From Azoarcus sp. (GTDB lineage Bacteria; Pseudomonadota; Gammaproteobacteria; Burkholderiales; Rhodocyclaceae): DNA of 64,000 bases. This document shows positions 9,301 through 19,960 of this stretch, piece after piece; position 1 is the first letter of the stretch; each line of letters starts with the position of its first letter. The DNA is taken from assembly GCA_031258965.1 (NCBI GenBank), contig JAIRMC010000033.1, positions 982-64,981 of the forward strand, in the 5' to 3' direction. The notes beneath the pieces are model-generated. The model searched no databases and was not told where the DNA came from. It worked only from the letters and a program-made list of their open reading frames with translations. Made by a program: the position numbers and the translations under genes.

Positions 9301-11874
9301 TCAAAGCTGGAGCCGCTCAAGCAGTTCGCGTTCGATCCTGATGGCGCGCGCTTCCTGCGCCAGCGCCCCACCCGTGAGGAGAAAGGTATCCTCCGCGCGT
9401 TCGCCCAGGGTGCTGATCCGGGCCGTTGCAACGTTGATGTCGTGGCGGGCCAATATTTCGGCGACGTCGAACAGCAGGCCGGGACGGTCGGCGGCGATGA
9501 TCGACAGGATATGGTGACGGCCCGCTTCATCGGCGCGCAGGCTGATTTCCGGCGTGATGGGGAAATGCTTCACTTGGCGTGAGAGCCGCCCCGGCGGCGG
9601 GCGCACGATTTTATCCGTGCGCAGCACGGCGCCGAGGTCGTGTTCTATTAAAGAGACGATGTCGCGGTAGTTATCCTCGTCGCCGGTATTTTGCAGGATG
9701 AAACTGTCCAGCGCGTAGCCGTGGCGGGTGGTGTGTACCTTGGCTTCGAGGATGGAAAAGCCCATGCGGCTGAAAAACCCGGTCAAGCACACGAACAGGT
9801 TCTTCTGGTCGGGGGCGTAGACCATCACTTGCATGCCCATGCCCATGCCCTCGTCCGGCAGGCGGGCCTTGACGACGGGTTCGGCGGCGTTGGACTGGAA
9901 GTAGAGTATCCGGGCGTGCCAGGCGATTTCGTCGGAGGAGTGGCGCATGAAATAAACAGCGTCGAGCTGTTCCCAGAGCGCGTCTTCGACGCCGGGGCGC
10001 AAACCATGATAGCGCAGGAGTTGCCGTGCGCGGTCGATGCGGCCGTCCTGGCGCAGCGCCTGTTGCGGGGTCGCGCCGCGCAACAGGCGCTGCGTGGCGA
10101 AAAAAAGGTCTTCCAGCAACTTGCCCTTCCAGCCATTCCACACTTTGGGGCTGGTGCCGCGGATATCGGCGTGGGTGAGGAGGTAGAGCGCCGCGAGCCG
10201 CCGTTCGTTGCCCACGGCGGCGGCGAATCGCTGGATGGTTTGCGGATCGCTGGTGTCTTCCTTTTGCGCGACCTGCGACATGGTGAGGTGGTGGCGCACC
10301 AGCCAGACGACGAGATCCGTATCCTGGGGTTCCAGACTGTGGGTTTCACAGAATTCTCGCGCGTCGGCCATGCCCAGGATTGAATGGTCGCCGCCGCGCC
10401 CCTTGGCGATGTCGTGGAAAAGCACGGCGATATAGAGCAGCCAGTGACGCTCGAAACCGAGGATCAACCGCGACATCAGCGGGTATTCGTGGGCATGTTC
10501 GCCCATCGTGAAGCGGCGCATGTTGCGCAATACCATGAGAGTGTGTTGATCCACGGTATAGGCATGGAACAGGTCGTACTGCATCTGGCAGAGGATCTTG
10601 CGCCAGGGCGGCAGGTAGCGGGAGAGGATGCCGTTCTGGTTCATCCAGCGGAAAGCATGCACGATGCCGCGTTTTTGCTGGAGGATCGCCAGGAATGTGG
10701 CGCGATTGATGGGGTCGGCCCGGAAGGCGGCGTTGACGCGAATCCGGTTCACCCAGAGCGCGCGCAGGGTGCGGGCGGTCATGGATTTGAGTTCGGAGCG
10801 TTGTTGCAACAGCAGGAAACATTCGAGCATCGCCGGGGGATAGCGCTCGAAAACCGTGTCCTCGCGAATGTCGAGCAACTCTCGCACGGCCTGGAAGCGA
10901 TCATTGATGATGATGGCGGGCGGGCGGGCGGGCAGGATCTCGCTGCCGTAGTTCAGGAGCAGGATGCCGTTGATCTGGGTGAGTTTCTTGGCCGTCAGAT
11001 AATAATGCTGCATCAGGATTTCAGCGGCGCGCTTGGCGGCGTTGGCATTGATGCCCATGGCACGGGCAAGGCGTTCCTGGTAGTCGAACAGAAGCCTGTC
11101 TTCGGTGCGGCCCGTGAGATAGTGCAGACCGATGCGTACATGTTGCAGGAAACGTTCGCAGCCGCGCAGGTCGCTGGCTTCGTTGCCGGTGATGAGGCGC
11201 CGGCGCGCCAGTTCACGCCAATTGTGGCCCAGCCCAGCGGCGCGGGCGATCCAGCCAAGCAATTGCAAATCGCGCAATCCGCCGGGGCTTTCCTTGCAAT
11301 TGGGTTCCAGTGCGTAAGGCGTATCGTCGTAGCGGGCATAGCGTTGCTCGCGTTCGAGGAGTTTGGCGCGGAAAAACGCCTGCACGTCGAGCTGTTCGCG
11401 GTAGCGCCGGATGAAGCGGCTATAGAGCGGGGCATCGCCGGCGAGCAAGCGCGCTTCGAGCAGATTGGTCTGCACGGTGATATCGGCCTGCGCCGCCTCC
11501 AGGCATTCGTCGAGAGTGCGCACGCTGTGACCGACGACCAGTCCGATGTCCCAAAGCGCGCTGACGAAGACCGACAGTTTCGCGCCTAGTTCATCGTCGG
11601 GCGGCGCGGGCAGGAGGATCAGCAGATCGACGTCGGAACAGGGGAACAGCTCGCCGCGCCCGTAGCCGCCGACGGCGGCCAGCGCCGCGCGGGCCGGGAT
11701 GCCGCAGTCCTCCCACAACCGGACGATGGCGGCGTCGACCAGCGCCGCGCGCCCATGCAACAAGGGGGTAGTCAGCGGGCGCGCTTCGTATGCGACGCGC
11801 AGGGCGGCGCGACCCGCCTCGACCTGGCCGCGCACGGCGGCGATGCTTTCTTGCAGGCGGGCGGCATCGCTCAT
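9301..11874 (-). CDS. glnD: PII uridylyltransferase/uridylyl-removing enzyme
   Basis: AVGGYGRGELFPCSDVDLLIL nucleotidyltransferase motif, CKESPGGLRD, HD domain (TVDQH...FHDIAKG) and two ACT domains; follows map as usual. Confidence 0.97.
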   Translation of the reverse strand: MSDAARLQESIAAVRGQVEAGRAALRVAYEARPLTTPLLHGRAALVDAAIVRLWEDCGIPARAALAAVGGYGRGELFPCSDVDLLILLPAPPDDELGAKLSVFVSALWDIGLVVGHSVRTLDECLEAAQADITVQTNLLEARLLAGDAPLYSRFIRRYREQLDVQAFFRAKLLEREQRYARYDDTPYALEPNCKESPGGLRDLQLLGWIARAAGLGHNWRELARRRLITGNEASDLRGCERFLQHVRIGLHYLTGRTEDRLLFDYQERLARAMGINANAAKRAAEILMQHYYLTAKKLTQINGILLLNYGSEILPARPPAIIINDRFQAVRELLDIREDTVFERYPPAMLECFLLLQQRSELKSMTARTLRALWVNRIRVNAAFRADPINRATFLAILQQKRGIVHAFRWMNQNGILSRYLPPWRKILCQMQYDLFHAYTVDQHTLMVLRNMRRFTMGEHAHEYPLMSRLILGFERHWLLYIAVLFHDIAKGRGGDHSILGMADAREFCETHSLEPQDTDLVVWLVRHHLTMSQVAQKEDTSDPQTIQRFAAAVGNERRLAALYLLTHADIRGTSPKVWNGWKGKLLEDLFFATQRLLRGATPQQALRQDGRIDRARQLLRYHGLRPGVEDALWEQLDAVYFMRHSSDEIAWHARILYFQSNAAEPVVKARLPDEGMGMGMQVMVYAPDQKNLFVCLTGFFSRMGFSILEAKVHTTRHGYALDSFILQNTGDEDNYRDIVSLIEHDLGAVLRTDKIVRPPPGRLSRQVKHFPITPEISLRADEAGRHHILSIIAADRPGLLFDVAEILARHDINVATARISTLGERAEDTFLLTGGALAQEARAIRIERELLERLQL

Positions 11875-11887
11875 AGGGGGAAGCCCT

Positions 11888-12751
11888 CTACGAAAGAGGC
11901 GCTGGGGGCAGCGCGGCGACGGCGGCGTTCGTGGCCGAGACAAGCGGACCGTCGATCAACTTGGGCGGCGGCGGGCAGCCCGCGGAGAGGGACAACACCT
12001 CCACGCCGTCCTCCGTGACGAGCACTGTATGCTCCCATTGCGCCGACAGGCTGCGATCCTTGGTGACAATCGTCCAGCCGTCGGAGAGTTCGGAGATCGC
12101 GGCCTTGCCCGCGTTGATCATCGGCTCGATGGTGAAGATCATGCCGGGACGCAATTCGCTGCCGCCGCCCCGCTGGCCATAGTGCAGCACCTGCGGTTCC
12201 TCGTGAAAGCGGCGTCCGATGCCATGCCCGCAGAACTCCCGCACAACCGAAAAACTATTACCTTCGGCATGGCGCTGGATAATGTGGCCGATATCTCCCA
12301 AATGCGCGCCGGGTCGCACGGCAGCGATGCCCAGCCACATGCATTCGTAAGTAACCTGGCACAGCCGTTTGGCGAGAATACTGGCGTTGCCGATGATGAA
12401 CATGCGGCTGGTATCGCCGTAAAACCCTTGCGGCGTGACGACGGTAACGTCGATATTGAGAATGTCGCCTTTCTTCAGCGACTTGGGGCCGGGAATGCCA
12501 TGGCATATCTGGTGGTTGAGCGACGTGCAGACCGAAGCCGGATAGGGCGGGTAGCCGGGCGGCGCGTAGTTGAGCGTTGCCGAGGTAGTGTGCTGCACGT
12601 TTACCATGTAGTCGCTGCACAGACGGTCAATCTCGGCGGTCGAAATACCGGGCTTGACGAAGGGCGCTATGTAATCAAGCACTTCTGCCGCAAGACGGCA
12701 GGCGGTGCGCATCTCTCGGATTTCTTCGGGGGTTTTCAGGGCAATACTCAT
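11888..12751 (-). CDS. map: Methionine aminopeptidase type I
   Basis: ICHGIP, DVTV, GDTSRMF, FCGHGIG, FTIEP and QWEHT motifs. Start at MSIALKT. Confidence 0.97.
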   Translation of the reverse strand: MSIALKTPEEIREMRTACRLAAEVLDYIAPFVKPGISTAEIDRLCSDYMVNVQHTTSATLNYAPPGYPPYPASVCTSLNHQICHGIPGPKSLKKGDILNIDVTVVTPQGFYGDTSRMFIIGNASILAKRLCQVTYECMWLGIAAVRPGAHLGDIGHIIQRHAEGNSFSVVREFCGHGIGRRFHEEPQVLHYGQRGGGSELRPGMIFTIEPMINAGKAAISELSDGWTIVTKDRSLSAQWEHTVLVTEDGVEVLSLSAGCPPPPKLIDGPLVSATNAAVAALPPAPLS

Positions 12752-12874
12752 CGTGGCGTGCTCGCGGCCAAAAATATGCAGACTAACGCATACCGCCCGG
12801 ACGGGCAAATGGCGTGGACTTTCGGGGAGCAGAATCAGCCCGCGGGCGCTCGCCCAACGTATATGACTGGAATC

Positions 12875-14140
12875 TCAAGATGCCGTGAGGATCACGTCTT
12901 CCGCCCAGCCGGAATAGGCGGGCAGCCGGGAGGCAAGGCGCGGCAGTTTGCTGGCGCAATGCACGGGCAAGCCGCCGGAGCAAGACACGGGCTGCTCGCC
13001 CGCGATGAGCGGAGCAAGGTAGCGGCGTCCGGTTTCGCTGATTTGCATGCCGTCGCCGGTGATGAAAGAAAGGGGCAGGCGGCGTTCGAGGTTGGCCACC
13101 GACGCAGCCTCTACCGGAGCGATGTCCCAGCGGTAGGGATCGTCGCCCAAGCGCCGGATGGCGGCCAGCATGCCGTCGCGGCCCGCCAGCGCGTAGTTGA
13201 CCGCCGCGCGGCCCACGGCCAGAGCCTGGGCATGGTCGACGGCGGATACCCAGTGAGCGGCGCTGCGTTGCAGGTAATCGGGCGCGGCATAGTGGCGGTG
13301 GCAATCGAAGGTTTCGCTGAGCAGGCGGGCGATCTCCCCGCCCGCGCCGCCGAAGCGCATGTGCCCGTCGCCGCGCGAGCGCGCCATGACCGGACTGCCG
13401 TTGGCATGCCTGATGCCTTCGGCAACCGTGATGGCACAGTAGCCAAGGCGCGAGAGCTGGATTTCCGCGCGCGCCAGCAGGGCCGCTTCGTCGAAAGGCG
13501 TTTCCGGGCACAGCACGATGTGCGGCGCTTCGTCGGGGTCGCGCGCCGCCAGGGCGGTGGCCGCCGCCAGCCAACCGACGTTGCGGCCCATGACTTCCAT
13601 GACGAATACGCGCCCCTTGCGGCTGGTCATCGAGGCCAGGTCGCGGCAGACCTCGCGCATCGAGGTCGCAAGGTATTTCGCCGCCGAGCCGTAGCCTGGA
13701 CAGCAGTCGCAGCCTTCGATGTCGTTGTCGATAGTCTTGGGAATGCCGACGCAGATGAGCGGGTATCCGCGCCGACGCGCCGACGCCGAGATTTTGACGA
13801 CGACCTCCAGCGAACCGTTGCCGCCGTTGTAGAGCAAGGCGTCGATGTGGTGAGCGTCCAACACGGCGAAAAGGCGTTCGTAAAGGGCGGGCTGTTCCGC
13901 TTCCGTCGGCATGGTGAAGCGGCAGGAGCCGAAAATGCCGCCGGGCGTGGCGGCGAGCGCGTCGAGATCGATGCCGCCACAGTCATGGAAGGACTCGGCC
14001 AGTATTCCAAGGATGCCGCGCCGGGCCGCCAGAACTTTGCCGACACGCGGCCCTTGCGCGCGCGCTTCGGCAAGAACGCCAGCCGCGCTGGCATTGATAA
14101 CCGCCGTCATGCCGCCCGCCTGTGCGTACAACAGGTTCAT
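12875..14140 (-). CDS. pfk: 6-phosphofructokinase (PfkA family, ~420-aa clade)
   Basis: YAQAGGMTAVINAS, GGNGS, PKTIDND and MEVMGRNVGWLA motifs. Confidence 0.9.
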   Translation of the reverse strand: MNLLYAQAGGMTAVINASAAGVLAEARAQGPRVGKVLAARRGILGILAESFHDCGGIDLDALAATPGGIFGSCRFTMPTEAEQPALYERLFAVLDAHHIDALLYNGGNGSLEVVVKISASARRRGYPLICVGIPKTIDNDIEGCDCCPGYGSAAKYLATSMREVCRDLASMTSRKGRVFVMEVMGRNVGWLAAATALAARDPDEAPHIVLCPETPFDEAALLARAEIQLSRLGYCAITVAEGIRHANGSPVMARSRGDGHMRFGGAGGEIARLLSETFDCHRHYAAPDYLQRSAAHWVSAVDHAQALAVGRAAVNYALAGRDGMLAAIRRLGDDPYRWDIAPVEAASVANLERRLPLSFITGDGMQISETGRRYLAPLIAGEQPVSCSGGLPVHCASKLPRLASRLPAYSGWAEDVILTAS

Positions 14141-14173
14141 GGCCATTGCGCGCGCTGCCGGGCGGCGATGCCG

Positions 14174-14827
14174 CTAACGTAGCGCGGTGAAGATTCGCGC
14201 CGTGATTTCACTCACCGAGCCAAGCCCCATGATCTTGCGCATGTGCGGCGCGCGAGGCGAATCGTTCGCCGCCCATTTACGGTAGAACTCGACCAGCGGT
14301 TCAGTCTGGGCGTGGTAGACCTCCAGCCGCTTGCGCACGGTTTCCTCGCGGTCGTCGTCGCGCTGCACCAACGGCTCGCCGGTCACATCGTCCCGGTTTT
14401 CGGTCTTGGGCGGGTTGTAGCGGGTGTGGTAAGTGCGGCCAGATGCCGGATGGGTTCGCCGTCCGCTGATGCGGTCGATGATTTCCGCGTCGGGCACGCA
14501 AATTTCGAGCACGATGTCGATCTGCACCCTGGCGTCCTTGAGCGCCTCGGCCTGCGGAATGGTGCGAGGAAAGCCGTCGAACAGATAACCGGCCTTGCAG
14601 TCATCCCGTTCCAGTCTATCCCTGACCAACCCGATGATAATGTCGTCGGAAACGAGCTGGCCCGCGTCCATGACTTTTTGCGCTTCCAACCCCAGGGGGC
14701 TGCCTTCCCGCACCGCCGCGCGCAGCATATCCCCAGTGGAAATCTGCGGAATGCTGAACTTTTCCTTGATGTAACTCGCCTGTGTGCCCTTGCCCGCGCC
14801 CGGCGGCCCCAACAAAATCAATCGCAT
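14174..14827 (-). CDS. adk: Adenylate kinase
   Basis: [12 protein letters not shown]-loop, [15 protein letters not shown] and QRDDD motifs. Confidence 0.98.
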   Translation of the reverse strand: MRLILLGPPGAGKGTQASYIKEKFSIPQISTGDMLRAAVREGSPLGLEAQKVMDAGQLVSDDIIIGLVRDRLERDDCKAGYLFDGFPRTIPQAEALKDARVQIDIVLEICVPDAEIIDRISGRRTHPASGRTYHTRYNPPKTENRDDVTGEPLVQRDDDREETVRKRLEVYHAQTEPLVEFYRKWAANDSPRAPHMRKIMGLGSVSEITARIFTALR

Positions 14828-14935
14828 CTCTACTCCAAAAACAATAACGCCGCTACCACGGCAAAAGTGGAAACTTAAACCTTTCGTGTGGCTGCGGTCA
14901 AACTTGCACGGCTGGCCCGTGCCGCCGCATGAAAC

Positions 14936-15853
14936 TCAGGCGGCCGTCGCGGCCCGGATCTGGAATCGCTTGGCGTATTCGGCGCAGCGTTCGAGATAAT
15001 CCCTGGTGCTATGGGGCATGGTGACACGGGCGCGGCTGAGATAGGTGATGAGCGCGCGCCCCTGTTTGATGAGGCGGATGCCATCGGCGGCGTGCCGCAT
15101 CAGGGCCACATCCGGCTGTGCGGGCATCTGCGGGGCGTAAGCGCCGAGCTGCTCCGAAGCGACCACGAAACCGGCCCAGACATCGAAGATGTTGCTGTCG
15201 GTACGCAAGGTTTCACACTTGTTCTTGGCCTCGTCCGTGAAACGCCGGATCAGCGGCGCCGCGCCGGTAAAGAGCGGATCGTTTGCGAAAGTGCCAACCA
15301 TGGCCGTGGAAAGGCGGTCGATGTCGCGCAAGGTCTGGGCAATCTTGATGTAGCGGCTTTCGTAGAACGCCTCCACCGGAATCGAAAAGGCGCGGAAGGG
15401 TTCCCCCCACAACTCATCGATGCCTTCCTCGCCGCTGCGGTGCAGAACCATCTTGCCCAGCGACAACGCCTCTTGCAGACAGTTGCCGCATTCCTGCATC
15501 AAGGCGTTGTCCTCGTGGATTTCCACGCCTTGCTCCTGCAACTCCACCAGCTTGGTGAAGATGTCGGTTGCGCGGTTGAAGAGCGTCCCGGCCAGCATGG
15601 CGCCTTTTATGCGCTTGCGCGCCGGGATTTGTTCCGTCTCGAAAGCGTGGCGGGCTTCGTTCAGGCGCTTGCCGGGGATATTGATGCCGTGCTCGACGTG
15701 GTTGAACAGACGCCGGGTGAGCGCCTGGATCAGAACCTTCTTGGTGTGCAGTGAGTCGGCGGGCGGATCATAGGCTTTGATCCAGTAGCCATCGTAATAA
15801 ATGCGCTTGATGCCGTCGACGATGCGCAAAGTACCGTTGGGGATAGTTGTCAT
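14936..15853 (-). CDS. Hypothetical protein, function unknown
   Basis: Long ORF with protein-like composition (YYDGYWIKAY...LTRRLFNHVEHGINIPG...ELWGEPFRAF). Start placed at MTTIPNG; no family recognised. Confidence 0.75.
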   Translation of the reverse strand: MTTIPNGTLRIVDGIKRIYYDGYWIKAYDPPADSLHTKKVLIQALTRRLFNHVEHGINIPGKRLNEARHAFETEQIPARKRIKGAMLAGTLFNRATDIFTKLVELQEQGVEIHEDNALMQECGNCLQEALSLGKMVLHRSGEEGIDELWGEPFRAFSIPVEAFYESRYIKIAQTLRDIDRLSTAMVGTFANDPLFTGAAPLIRRFTDEAKNKCETLRTDSNIFDVWAGFVVASEQLGAYAPQMPAQPDVALMRHAADGIRLIKQGRALITYLSRARVTMPHSTRDYLERCAEYAKRFQIRAATAA

Positions 15854-16076
15854 TTTCTGCTCTCGGCTGGTCTCGGTAACAGACATGGACACCATAGTGG
15901 AGGGATGCGTGAGGATACGCCCACCGTTAACGACATAAAAGCGCGCGTTCGCATGGATCGGCGCACTAATGACGAGGGCAATCGTCACGGTGGGTGTCAC
16001 GCCTTTGCGGCCATGGGGTTTCGCTGCAATAGAAAAAATCTATGGAATTGGATGAAAGTACGTGGCTCCGGGTATT

Positions 16077-16685
16077 TTAGAGGCGTAGCGGCAACAATCC
16101 GTAGCCGCGTTCGGCCTTGGAAACGTCCTCGGGGATGAGCGGCAAGTCTTTTTGCAGCATATCGGCGAGGCGGCGCAGATCGCCGGTTTCGCCAGCGGCC
16201 AGTTCCAGTTCGACCTCGGAAATCACCGCCGTGCGTACACCGGCTGTTACGACACCTGTATCAATCATGATGAGGATGCGCGCGCCATTGCGCGGATGGA
16301 AGCGTCGGATGTCACGCTTGAAACATGTGTTGAAAACCGGCACAAGATCGTCACGCACCTGTTCGAGCAAGGCGGCGGCCTTGGGGTCGTCGATGCCGGA
16401 AAAGTCGAATTGCCCCTGCCATGGCTCCTCCCATTCAGTGCGTTGCGTCAGCCCGCCGCTGGACTCGGCCCCGCCTTTGACCGTTTGCAAGGTTTCCCCG
16501 CCCTGGCTGCGCAGGCGCAGGGCGATGCGGTTCGCCTTGAGCGTGAGTGCGGGGGTATCGAAGTAAGTGTTGTCCAGCACACCGGGTTCGCCTTCGCGCG
16601 GCGCAACGGCGATGAGCGGGTGGCACAGCAGGGCGGGCAGTGCTTGTTCGGGGAAGGCGAGTTTGAGTTCGATTTCGAGTGGCAT
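16077..16685 (-). CDS. CYTH-domain protein (triphosphate tunnel metalloenzyme)
   Basis: N-terminal EIELK motif, NTYFDTP, LRLR, QTVK, EVELEL and SKAERGY motifs; no CHAD domain. Confidence 0.9.
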   Translation of the reverse strand: MPLEIELKLAFPEQALPALLCHPLIAVAPREGEPGVLDNTYFDTPALTLKANRIALRLRSQGGETLQTVKGGAESSGGLTQRTEWEEPWQGQFDFSGIDDPKAAALLEQVRDDLVPVFNTCFKRDIRRFHPRNGARILIMIDTGVVTAGVRTAVISEVELELAAGETGDLRRLADMLQKDLPLIPEDVSKAERGYGLLPLRL

Positions 16686-16834
16686 GGCGCAATGGTTTCG
16701 TCCGTTTTTTCGTCCGCCCGGGCGCTTGCTTGCGGCCCGGAGGGCTTTTGTCGGATCGAAAAATACGCCTTATGCGGTTTCGACGCTACCGCGAGACGAC
16801 GCGGTAATGAACCCGCAGAATGCGCTTGCCTGCT

Positions 16835-17581
16835 TTATTTTCTCCAGAGGTTTGCGGGGATGCATACCACGGAGACAACGACCAGACCCAGCCAAGCATA
16901 GCGAACCCTGATTTTCGTGCCGACACGCCAGCAGGCGTTCCAATCGTGCGTCAACCGAAGCACCACCGACCCAACATCGAATTCACATAACTCGGCGGCG
17001 TGAAAGTCCTTGAACTGGCCTACTAACGGGAATAGCGCCTTGTACAGCGCCTCCTTCGCTGAAAAGAGCAGCGTCAATGATCGAACCTGGCATGGCATGT
17101 GTTTTTCCATGCCGATCAACTCTTCGTTGCAGCAAATGCATTGCTGTATCTCCAAGGCAACGTTAGGGGCGATCAACGGCTCCACGTCGATACCCAACGC
17201 ACAGTAGCGGGTTTTCCTTGCCGTCATTGCCACGGCCATCGTGGCGCAGTGGCTGATACTGCCCAGTACATCAGATGGCCAGACAGGCAGGCGATCCTTC
17301 ACGGGCAAGGGAAACTCCGCGCCGACGCCCATCTCCCGTAAAGACCGGGCGGCGCAGATCCGTCCCGCCATGAACTCGATTCGACGCCTGGCGCTCATAT
17401 CTTTGGGCACAAACTGCAGAAACGCGTTGGAAGACAACGGTTTTTCCATCGCCGCCCGCACTACTGGAATCGAGATTCTCGACAGCACTACGTGTTTAGT
17501 CCCGTCATTCGATGGTCTGGATCCATAGCAAAGCGTTGGGCATGTTATCCAGAGACTGAGCGGGGAAAGTGGCGGGATCAT
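16835..17581 (-). CDS. 4'-phosphopantetheinyl transferase (EntD-like); true start uncertain
   Basis: RRIEFMAGRICA, GSISHC, LGIDVE and FSAKEALYKA motifs; last gene of the NRPS/PKS array. Confidence 0.88.
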   Translation of the reverse strand: MIPPLSPLSLWITCPTLCYGSRPSNDGTKHVVLSRISIPVVRAAMEKPLSSNAFLQFVPKDMSARRRIEFMAGRICAARSLREMGVGAEFPLPVKDRLPVWPSDVLGSISHCATMAVAMTARKTRYCALGIDVEPLIAPNVALEIQQCICCNEELIGMEKHMPCQVRSLTLLFSAKEALYKALFPLVGQFKDFHAAELCEFDVGSVVLRLTHDWNACWRVGTKIRVRYAWLGLVVVSVVCIPANLWRK

Positions 17582-19960
17582 GGACGCGCTCCGCCGCCAC
17601 GACCTTCACTTGCAGGCATCCTTCCGCGGCATTGGCACGTGCATCAACCTGCCGCACGCCTTCCTGCCGACGAACGACGTCTTCGACCTCGCGCAAATCG
17701 ACCGTAGCGCCGACGAGGGTGGCGGGCCATACACGACGCTCGAAACGCCGTGGGTCGCATTGGCCTTCAGTGAGTTTCCACAGCCCATCTCGCCCCATCA
17801 AATCCGGGCACATCGCCACGGCATGCAAGACCGAGCGGAAATCCTCGAACATGGTCTGCGCCGCGCCATCGGCCAGCACTTCGTCCATGCAATACCAACT
17901 GAATACAAGCTCACCGTCGATTTCCATGACCTGGTGATCCAGCCAGACCTGCGGCGTCTGCGTGAACACATGCACGGGATCGCCCAGCAGACGGGTCATC
18001 GCCTGATCGATCGCCATGCCATCCAGTGTCATACCCAGCATGCTGGTGAACACGACTGGCATCAGTGGCTGGCGGGACTGCCCGCGGATATGACCAATCT
18101 CTCGCAGCAGTTCCACCCCGTTCACCTGACTGTTCGCCAGGTGTTGCCACAAGCGCTGCTGTGTCTGCTCAATGGACTGGCGCAAGGTGCGGGATGGATC
18201 GCCCAGTTCAAAGTCGACCAACAGCACCGAGGTGAAGTCACCGATCAACTGGCGTATTTGCGGATGAACCGGGCGTCGGTTGAAGAATGTCAGGTTCAGC
18301 GTAAAGGCCGGCCAGCGTGCCCAACGTTCCAGCACCCAGGCGAACAGCGTCATCAGGGCTGCCGAAGGCGTTACACCCCAGGACTGCCACTCGCGCTTGA
18401 GCCGAGTCCAGCGCTCGCGTTCCAGTACCGCTTGGTGGGTGGTGAAATGCGGCTGCACGCCTGTTTGCCGGCATCCGGACAGCGGCAATCTGGGCGCAGG
18501 CGGCAAGTCCGCCAGGCGTTCCTGCCAATAGCACCAGGCTTTCAGCCATGCCGGTTCCAGGCGGTGCGCCTGCTCATCGAGCACATAATCGCGGAACGTA
18601 ATCTGTAGCGGCGCCAAGGCCTCGCCCCGGTAGAGGGCGGCCATGTCGTCCATCATGACCTTGAAGCTCTGCACATCGAACAGCAACAGATCCAGATTCA
18701 TGTGCAGCCGGTAGCGACCGTCTCCCAGTTCGCTGGCAATCAACTCGAACAGCGGCCAGCGGTCTGTAGGCGGGACACGGTAAGACAATTCCTGCCGAGT
18801 CTTGTCCAATATTCGCTCGCGCTCATTGGCCGGCAGGGCTGACAGGTTGCACTGCCTGATCCGGTAATCCTCTACCTTGGCCAGAATGCGCTGTTGTCCG
18901 TCCTCGCCAATCACCATGCGCAGCATGTCGTGCCGCTTCACCAAGGCGTTCCAGGCTCGCTCGAAACGATTCAGGTCGAACTGCTCATGGCGTAGATCCC
19001 ACTCGAACAGTACATGGCAGGCCACGCCGCCATAGTCGATCAGAGGCGTTCGACCCACCCAATAAGCATGCTGAATCGGGGTTAGCGGGAATGGTTGGTA
19101 GCGTCCCTTTGCATCGTGCGACAACATCAGGGGTTGCGGCGATTGGTTCGTAATCTGGGCCGCCTGCGTCACAATAAGGCGGCTCAGGCCGTCGATGCTC
19201 AAGTCTTTATAGGCTTTGCCCGCGTCGATACGAACACCAAGGCGGCGCTGGATCGTGCTGCTCAGTTCCAGGAACAGCAGCGAATCCAGGCCCAACTGCA
19301 CCAGGTCACGCCTTGGCGACAAACGGGCCGGATCGTCCAAGCGCAATTGCGCGGCAATCTGTGCCGTCAGCCATTGCGCCACGGCATCGACATTGCCCAG
19401 CTTGTCAGGCGACAGATCAGTCACCGCCGGGCCATGCTGCGCTTCGGTTGGCGATGTCGCAGTAGCTGAAGACGTCACGGCAGAGTGAAGGGGTGGCAGT
19501 GGCTTCAAGCCCAGCAAGCGGCCGCGGGCGGCATCCAGGCGCTCGGGCAGTACCCGCATCGCCAGGCGATAGGGGGCCGCGCGCGAAACCGCCTGTTCCA
19601 GATGCCACAGTCCTTCGGCGTCGCTCAACACGCCCATGCCATCTTCAGCGAGGCGCTCCCGCAAGTCGGCATTCGCGGCCCGCCCAGTCTCACCCCAAGC
19701 GCCCCAGCCGATGGCAACCACGGTTACTGCCTTCCGGCCACCATCCGCCGTTGCAGCCTGATACGCTAGACCGTCCAAATAGGCGCTTGCCAGCGCATGG
19801 GCCGCTTGTCCCGCACTGCCCAGCGCCGCGGCCGCCGAGGAATAGAGCAACAAATAAGAATGCGCGTCAGCTTCGAGCAGTCGCTCATAAGTCCGCCAGG
19901 CCGCATGTGCCTTGACGGCGAGCACCGGCGCTAGCCGATTGCCGTCCAGCGCCGTGACGA
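17505..19960 (-). pseudogene. HMWP1-like PKS/NRPS fragment 3: C-terminal half of KR, ACP and cyclization (Cy) domain, then truncated
   Basis: LAPVLAVK...YSSAAAALGSAGQAAH (KR), LGLDSLLF (ACP Ser), TPIQHAYWVGR and DLLLFDVQSF (Cy DxxxxD). Stops about 75 aa after the Cy domain without MT, PCP or TE. Confidence 0.85.

Noticed and set aside
11699-14182. 827-aa plus-strand ORF
   Set aside because: Antisense shadow across glnD, map and pfk; Arg/Ala-rich with no protein motifs.
16690-16834. Left island boundary: att site, integrase or terminator
   Set aside because: No tRNA, integrase, transposase or matching direct repeat with the right boundary (45755-45905) was seen. The 7-bp stem at 16787-16806 lacks a U-tract.
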